Of a stretch of DNA of 41,290 bases, positions 35,801 through 41,290 are shown piece after piece. The translations under genes were made by a program, and so were the position numbers. The notes beneath the pieces are model-generated. The model made no database searches. It saw nothing but the letters and a program-made list of their open reading frames with translations, and was not told the origin of the DNA. How positions within the stretch are numbered: position 1 is the stretch's first letter; each line of letters begins with the position of its first letter. Origin of the DNA: Macrostomum lignano (taxonomy: Eukaryota); assembly GCA_002269645.1 (NCBI GenBank), contig NIVC01003048.1, positions 1-41,290 on the forward strand. The letters run 5' to 3'.

Positions 35801-37911
35801 ACATCCTGAACCCCTGAAAACATCCTGAACCCCTGAAACCATTCGAAACCCATGAAACTATCCTGAGCCCCTGAAACCATTCGAAACCCATGAAACTATC
35901 CTGAGCCCCTGAAGCCATCCTGAGCCCCTGAAGCCATCCTGAACCCCTGAAGCCATCCTGAGCCCCTGAAGCCATCCTGAGCCCCTATCTCACCGGCTGT
36001 CTGGGCCGCTTTCGCCTCCTCCTCTTCATACGGCTGCTTCAGAGCCGTGATGTCCCGGAAAGTGATGAGGTACAGAATGACCACATCCTTCTCATTCTTG
36101 ATCGGAGCAATGTACATCAGCAGCCACAGCGGGGTCTCTGCAATCAGGTCGAGTTAATATTGAGCTTCATTAAAAAAAATTTTTTGACATCTCCGACACG
36201 GGAAAATATTCCCGCATTTCTAAACAAATTCGACCTGGAACGGAGTGGAAGGAAGGAATAAACCACCTTCCACTCTAACTGCTCGAGCTGGACTGTGCTA
36301 ACAAAGGAAATGACAGGAGGGCGCGGGAGATGGATGAGCCGGCGAGAGATGAAGAGGGAGCAGCTCGGCAGGAAAAGTGAGTGGGAGTCCCTAGCCTAAT
36401 CCTCACCTGCGAGATTGTGGAGGCAAAGGATAGCTGAGCTGGTTATCAGCCGTTGCTATCCAGTTGCTAGGCTCTAACGCCCAACGCCCCGAGGTGAAGA
36501 TTATGCGATTTTCTTTTACCGAACTACTCGCCGCCCCGACAGGAGAAAATTCATTCCTTATTCTGTTTTTCTCACTGTCTGACTCAGGGGGCACACAGCC
36601 TTGGTTGAATCTCGCTTTGATCTCGGGGCTTCGCTTCTCATGTCTCTGATTATTATTTTCTCCATGCTCAATTTTGCAGCTGTGCCTACAAAAGCACTGT
36701 CTCTGCTTTGTGCGTCTTTGAGTCTTGTAAATTCTACTAGAGTTTTAAACTGAGACGTCACAGGGCACTGCTGTTTGCTGTGACATTACCGAGACTTTGG
36801 ATTGACATTATCGAGACTGTAGTGACGTTTGGAGTGACATTACCGAGACAATGCACTGCTTTTTGCAGTGACAGTAGTGAGACATTGCAGTGACGTTTGG
36901 AGTGATATAACCGAGATAGTGCACTGCTTTTTGCAGTGACATTACCGAGACTTTGGAGTGACATTACCGAGACACTGCAGTGACGTTTGGAGTGACTACC
37001 AGAACAGTAGAGTCCAGTGACATTCGAATGACACAGGTGAAACTAGAGTGACAGCGGAGGGGACAGCAGAACAAGCATAGAGTGACATGTTGCAGTGCTT
37101 TCAGAAGTTTTCCTCACTGTTCTTCTTCAACAGCAGAATCTCCTGTTGGTCCGGCTCGCAGGATTCCAGGCTCTTGTTGATTCGCTGAATGGACTCCGGG
37201 TCTGTCTGGTCGCTGTACATGAAGTTGCAGGTGCAGGAGCGCTGCATCGCCTCCGCTCGACTGAAACCCGAAAGCTTGGAAAAGCCGTCGTTGCAATAAA
37301 CAATGGGGTAGTCCACGATGCGCGCGTTCGCGAGTAGGAAACTGCTGTCTGTAAATTGGTGAGGACGAGTTTGGGAAACTGCTGTCTGTAAATTGGTGAG
37401 GACGAGTTTGGGAAACTGCTGTCTGTAAATTGGTGAGGACGAGTTTGGGAAACTGCTGTCTGTAAATTGGTGAGGACGAGTTTGGGAAACTGCTGTCTGT
37501 AAATTGTGTAAATTGGTGAGGACAATATGGGAAACAGATTTCTGCTAATTAACAGTTAAGTAATTAATTAATTAATTGTGAAACACGGATTTCGATTCAA
37601 AGAGTAAGGGAATTATCTTTGCTGAGGCAAACAGGCTGCGTCAAAAGTACAGCAGCAAAATGCCTGGCTCTTGGCCTGAAGCCTCGCAGTTTACGAACTA
37701 GTTGCAGAGATCAGGTTCATGTAAGCCTTCTGTAAATTTTTTACGTTCCCTTTGATCTCGAGTTTCTGCCCGAGAGAGATCTGACTTTATTGCTTTTCTG
37801 CCTCGCTGCACTGATGCGCTGAGGCTACTCACGCTGTCCGTTGCATCGTCGGATGATGTTTTCCAGGAAGGTGTTCTGCGGAGCCACCAGGCCTCGTCGA
37901 GAGCCCGACAT
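20803..37911 (-). CDS. eag: Ether-a-go-go (Kv10/KCNH1-KCNH5 type) voltage-gated K+ channel, 10 exons, about 1004 aa
   Basis: Exons 37911-37833, 37348-37118, 36137-35994, 35330-35206, 33341-32943, 31459-31048, 24633-24434, 24303-24051, 22543-22347, 21777-20803; phases consistent, total 3015 nt. PAS-cap [16 protein letters not shown] domain, [29 protein letters not shown]4 [15 protein letters not shown], pore SVGFGN, C-linker and CNBHD ([12 protein letters not shown]), low-complexity tail. Confidence 0.93.
21880..22252. repeat. 15-bp minisatellite (ACATTTGACAGCTGT), about 24 copies, eag intron 9
   Basis: Read directly from the sequence. Confidence 0.95.
23197..23990. repeat. Approximately 16-bp minisatellite (TCTACCTACCTGCAG[TA/AA]) grading into TCTGTCTATCTGCAATA variants, eag intron 8
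   Basis: Read directly; degenerate toward the right end. Confidence 0.9.
24750..24965. repeat. 21-bp minisatellite (CCCAAACCACAGTGACCGATG), left part, about 10 copies
   Basis: Same unit as 29619-30160; the array is split by two transposon insertions. Confidence 0.95.
24966..25356. mobile_element. 391-bp non-autonomous fold-back DNA transposon (MITE): 154-bp TIRs, 83-bp spacer, 8-bp TSD TGCCCAAA (hAT- or P-like)
   Basis: 24966-25119 is the reverse complement of 25203-25356 with one mismatch. Termini are CATGG...CCATG. TGCCCAAA lies at 24958-24965 and 25357-25364. Confidence 0.92.
25585..26472 (+). CDS. gag: Gag with two CCHC zinc knuckles; no ATG in the frame, proposed CTG start at 25585
   Basis: An open frame from 25585 ([11 protein letters not shown]...[10 protein letters not shown]...LRDQFIFGL) with [14 protein letters not shown] and [14 protein letters not shown]. 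The start codon is inferred. Confidence 0.85.
   Translation: MATTAGLIEPLETEAPAEIERWFQRFEAVSKLNKWDDTAQKFALIAHLGKKAFALLADALLPDKPDAKTYADLKTQLIKETKAAKSEIAYRYAFHHLKQDDGEDVSAYARRLRLGSENCGFSTAELNDRLRDQFIFGLSNKEIVRKLLTEKLKDLTWEKVTTVANACEAVSRGERQISGGEILHVKSDPPSTSKAQKPAYQKSDQKNGQLRQVKCFCCGKEGHTKDQCHHRTKTCLQCGKVGHLKAVCRCGPNKGEQRPSTSNKWSQGGGRHPRSRVRAIDDAADQVGHITFSRR
26469..29378 (+). pseudogene. pol: pol (protease, RT, RNase H, integrase) interrupted by in-frame TAG 27444-27446 and TGA 27477-27479
   Basis: LLDTGS protease; RICGDY, LDLSNAY and YQDD in RT; TTDASPSG and RTDHQPL in RNase H; HHCC and D-D-E (HMDYAGP, SDNGPQF, LAERFV) in integrase. The ORFs at 26469 and 27501 are in the same frame. Confidence 0.9.
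29619..30160. repeat. 21-bp minisatellite, right part, grading into 20-bp CCCAAACCACAGAGACTGAAG variants
   Basis: Read directly from the sequence. Confidence 0.95.
31720..32210. repeat. 38-bp minisatellite (CTAGAGTGTTAGAGTATTAGGGTGTTCATTGACGTCTA) with a higher-order duplicated block, eag intron 5
   Basis: CTACTAGAG at 32013 and 32051 gives period 38. Confidence 0.92.
34810..35187 (+). mobile_element. Possible tRNA-derived SINE
   Basis: A Pol III B-box GGTTCGATTCC at 34864-34874 near the 5' end and a (GAT)/(TAT) simple-repeat tail at about 35161-35187. The A-box is weak and I found no TSD. Confidence 0.4.
35370..35985. repeat. 19-bp minisatellite (GCCATCCTGAGCCCCTGAA) filling most of eag intron 3
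   Basis: Read directly from the sequence. Confidence 0.95.
36770..37030. repeat. Degenerate repeat of GTGACATTACCGAGAC / GTGACGTTTGGA units, eag intron 2
   Basis: The motifs recur with variable spacing. Confidence 0.8.
37337..37506. repeat. 37-bp tandem repeat, 5 copies, containing the eag exon-2 splice acceptor and the first 12 exon bases
   Basis: GGAAACTGCTGTCTGTAAATTG at 37337, 37374, 37411, 37448 and 37485. Confidence 0.93.
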
Positions 37912-38220
37912 TTTGAGACGCTACAGGAGGGACTTCGAGATCGAGATCGAGGCGGCTTGAGACTCAATGATCGGTCATCTGTGGCTGTCTAGCAGGCATT
38001 GTCAGGGCTGCGACAGAGCGGCTCATGAGCAGCAGGTGGAGACGAGCAGCAGTGCACCGGGGGGGGGGGGGCAATTAATTTTACCTGGCAAGGGCTAGAC
38101 CGAAAAATAGCGTTCCTTCTCACTTTCACTGCCTGTTTTATTTTCTGCCTCTGTCTCTCTCAAACCTTTGCCCCTCGGTCCGTGCCAAGCCGGCTGTGAT
38201 TGGCAAGAGCGAGTCTGTCT

Positions 38221-38400
38221 GCACGGCAACTACAACGGTAACAGAGATAGAAGGGAAGAAGGGATAGGGAAACGGAGAGGAAGGCTTTGAGGACAGAAAT
38301 ACAAAGTCTGGACGGCAACTACAACGGTAAGAGGAGATAGAAGGGAAGAAGGGATAGGGAAACGGAGAGGAAGGCTTTGAGGACAGAAATACAAAGGGGA
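38221..38400. repeat. Purine-rich direct duplication of about 90 bp upstream of eag
   Basis: ACGGCAACTACAACGGTAA...GAGGACAGAAATACAAAG occurs twice. Confidence 0.85.
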
Positions 38401-39984
38401 AACGGAGGCAGGGGGGGTACAAGAGGACGACTGGAACGAATGGCAGGATGGAGGATGCGAGAGGCTGTCGGGTGAGGCTGAGTCTGCCCGCTCATGGCAA
38501 AGCCGCTGAGGGCTTGGCAGCCTCCTTAAAGATGTCGGGCCGCCATTATCGCCAAGAGCGAGAGGAGCAGTATGCTTGGATTCTGAGAACTCTTGCGGGG
38601 GTGGAGGTTGGGCCGGCTGCGTGTAGGAAACACTGTAGCCATGACAACACGGCGAATCAATGAGGAAGGGAGTGCGTTGTTTGGGCTTGGCTGCGAGGCG
38701 TGGCTCCATGCCGTGTGTTCAGTTGGGAAGAGACGGGGCGACGGGACAGAGATGGAGTGGATTGCGGGACACAATAAAGCATTGTGAGACCTTGGAAGAC
38801 TTTGTGATGCAGGGATCAAGTAGACGCACTGCAGTGGGAGAGAAGGCACAGTTATGAGAGACGGGTGACTCTCCGGCTCAGAGTAGAAAAAAGTGGCCAA
38901 AAGAAACCAGGCCCACCCCATGAACCTCACTGCCCGTTGATGTAGTTGGCAAGCCAGCGGAGTCCCTGGCAACGGATCTCTATCCTTCTCTTTCTGTAAG
39001 CAAGACCCTGCTTTTAGTAGATAACTGGCAAAGGGCCAATCAAAATTATTGATCCATAGCAAAGCAGAGGCTTAGTGAGAGGCGAAACTCATCTAATCCA
39101 AAATTGGAGCCGCGGCTAAAGGTGTGCAAATGGAGGCAAAATAAGCTTTGAGAACTGCTGTTTGCGCGCGCTGAGCGGCTGAATACAGCGGACGCCGGTG
39201 CATCCATTATGCACAGTCGGGGCTCGCTAGGCTGTGGGGAGCCAGCATTCATTGCCTGATGTCTCTCTCCAGACCTGCTTCTCTCCACCCGCCCCACCTT
39301 CGCCCCCCCCCACTCTGTCAATTTAGCTTGAGGCCAAGCGTGTATTGTGCTGCCTTGGTTACTTCCCAAAGCGTCCCCCCACAATCTCCCTTAGCTTCCC
39401 TCTTCTCTCTCTCTCGCGCACTTTTTCTCTTCATGCCTTCGACAAATATTCCAGAAAAAGTTGGGAACCAAAAAGCTGCTTTCGCCAGGCAGATCCAGCC
39501 TAACCTGTCTTGGAGCTCTGGTGGCAGAGGGGCTGAGCAGACTGCAGCTATTCCCTTGAGAGGCTCGCGCGTCTGCTTGGGGAGGCAATTTCTTTGAGAA
39601 TCTCAATGCACTTTTTGCTAATAGGTACTGCGTTTTTCTCAAGTGTCTGAATTCTCATTTTTACGTTTTCAGCTGCGTGAGCGACAGCCGTTTGGTGATT
39701 GAACGAGTGTCCTAAAAGCACGAGAAAGTAAAGTTGGTCTTCACAAAACTGAAAATTTTATTTACTTTACAAAGCTTACGTTAAATAACAATCAAGAACA
39801 CTGTACAGCTTATTAATCAAAAAAGGTTCACTACACGGACTAATGTTAATTTAATCCAAAAAAGCAATTCAAATGGCGCAAAAATGCGTAGTGCTTTCAT
39901 CCCAGATAATATCTGTAATTCGAAATTGCTAGCTGGCTACCTCGGATCCGTAATTCTTAGTCTGTTGTCGACTCAGATCTTCTT

Positions 39985-40446
39985 GTAGTCCTTAGACGGC
40001 TGTGGACACGGATCTGTAGTCCTTAGACGGCTGTGGACACGGATCTGTAGTCCTTAGACGGCTGTGGACACGGATCTGTAGTCCTTAGACGGCTGTGGAC
40101 ACGGATCTGTAGTCCTTAGACGGCTGTGGACACGGATCTGTAGTCCTTAGACGGCTGTGGACACGGATCTGTAGTCATTAGACGGCTGTGGACACGGATC
40201 TGTAGTCCTTAGACGGCTGTGGACACGGATCTGTAGTCATTAGACGGCTGTGGACACGGATCTGTAGTCCTTAGATGGCTGTGGACACCGAGCTGTAGTC
40301 CTTAGACGGCTGTGGACACGGATCTGTAGTCATTAGACGGCTGTGGACACGGATCTGTAGTCCTTAGACGGCTGTGGACACCGAGCTGTAGTCCTTAGAC
40401 GGCTGTGGACACGGATCTGTAGTCATTAGACGGCTGTTGACACGGA
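39985..40446. repeat. 31-bp minisatellite (GTAGTCCTTAGACGGCTGTGGACACGGATCT), about 15 copies; the last unit overlaps the stop codon of the adjacent gene
   Basis: Read directly from the sequence. Confidence 0.95.
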
Positions 40447-40915
40447 ACAGCGGTCCTTGTTGGTCGCCGACGACCTTGAAGCGGTGGGCCTGGCATCGAA
40501 GCAGGTGACCAGCATGAGTCGGGACTTGCACACGGCCACTCGTCTTTGCAGGACTGCTGTCTCTCTCGCTAGGGACTTCAGGTAGCCTCTGGATTCGGGA
40601 TGCATCGATCTGCTCACGGGCACTGTGAGGGGGTGGCTTGAATAATTAATTAGCAATGACTTGAAATTTGACTCTCCACCCCGTACAGCAGTTCGAACTT
40701 ACATTCCACTCTCCAGCTGCCCTCCCGCGCCATCAGCAGCTGCTTGGCGCGCCGCAACTCCACCAGAAGCTGCTCCTGCTGGCGCAGCAGCTCGGCCGCC
40801 TTCTCGCGCCGGATGCAGCGCTCGGCCTCGCTGTCGCGCGACGAAGAAAGAGGCTGCGTCGGAGGCGCCGAGCGACATCTGGACGCTCGGGGAATGGCGG
40901 TGCCGGTGGCAAGGC
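40426..40915 (-). CDS. Last two exons of an unidentified gene with a predicted coiled coil; 5' part not in the window or not found
   Basis: Exon 40915-40703 (TTTCAG acceptor, GTAAGT donor, ...EAERCIRREKAAELLRQQEQLLVELRRAKQLLMAREGSWRVE) joins in phase 1 to exon 40622-40426 (CTCACAG acceptor, ...YLKSLARETAVLQRRVAVCKSRLMLVTCFD...TAV*). Codon usage is GC-rich. Confidence 0.6.
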
Positions 40916-41091
40916 CTGAAAGCAGTGAGCATGGATTTTAGAATATCCCGCGGTCGCCATTAGAATCCGAAAATAGAATAAGATTCTCTCCTTTAATTAC
41001 AAAGCTACTTTTAGTAGTCTGCGCAGTTCCACCAGACTCGGACGGAATTACAAATTATACGTGAAATTCAAGGGCACGGATTGTAAATTGC

Positions 41092-41290
41092 AAACATCTC
41101 TCAGCTAATTGCAGTCATTAAACATCCCTTATCTAATTGCAGTCATTAAACATCTTTCAGCTAATTGCAGTCATTAAGCACCTTTATTAATTGCAGTCAT
41201 TAAACATCTCTCAGCTAATTGCAGTCATTAAACATCTCTCAGCTAATTGCAGTCATTAAACATCTCTCAGCTAATTGCAGTCATTAAACA
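41092..41290. repeat. 28-bp minisatellite (AAACATCTCTCAGCTAATTGCAGTCATT), runs off the right edge
   Basis: Read directly from the sequence. Confidence 0.92.

Noticed and set aside
21693-36000. Repeat-peptide ORFs ([37 protein letters not shown])
   Set aside because: All coincide with intronic minisatellites whose units lack stops in some frames.
38138-39642. Multiple ORFs upstream of eag
   Set aside because: Low-complexity or purine/pyrimidine-skewed sequence without coding signatures; likely promoter, UTR or intergenic DNA.

Overview
This is eukaryotic (animal) genomic DNA: GC-rich exons, GT-AG introns and many intronic minisatellites. The style resembles a free-living flatworm such as Macrostomum, but that is only an impression. 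From left to right: (1) a 44-bp satellite; (2) two tandem, intronless, minus-strand genes with an atlastin-type GTPase head, no transmembrane hairpin, a charged coiled-coil tail and a C-terminal prenylation motif (CSIQ, CKQQ), the second with a 1-bp frameshift; (3) a six-exon secreted beta-lactamase/PBP-like serine hydrolase retaining SxxK, YxN and HxG; (4) an intronless divergent Rho GTPase; (5) a three-exon RSPH9; (6) a ten-exon eag/KCNH (Kv10-type) K+ channel on the minus strand; (7) the last two exons of an unidentified coiled-coil gene. Intron 6 of eag holds a 21-bp minisatellite interrupted at one spot by a 391-bp fold-back MITE (8-bp TSD) and a very young 4.25-kb Ty3/Gypsy LTR element (5-bp TSD, LTRs 218/219 identical). 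The strongest leads are the GBP-like architecture built on an atlastin head, a gag ORF with no ATG that appears to start at a CUG overlapping the primer-binding site, and a five-fold tandem duplication of the eag exon-2 splice acceptor. All exon boundaries were derived by hand from GT/AG sites and phase consistency; no database searches were run.
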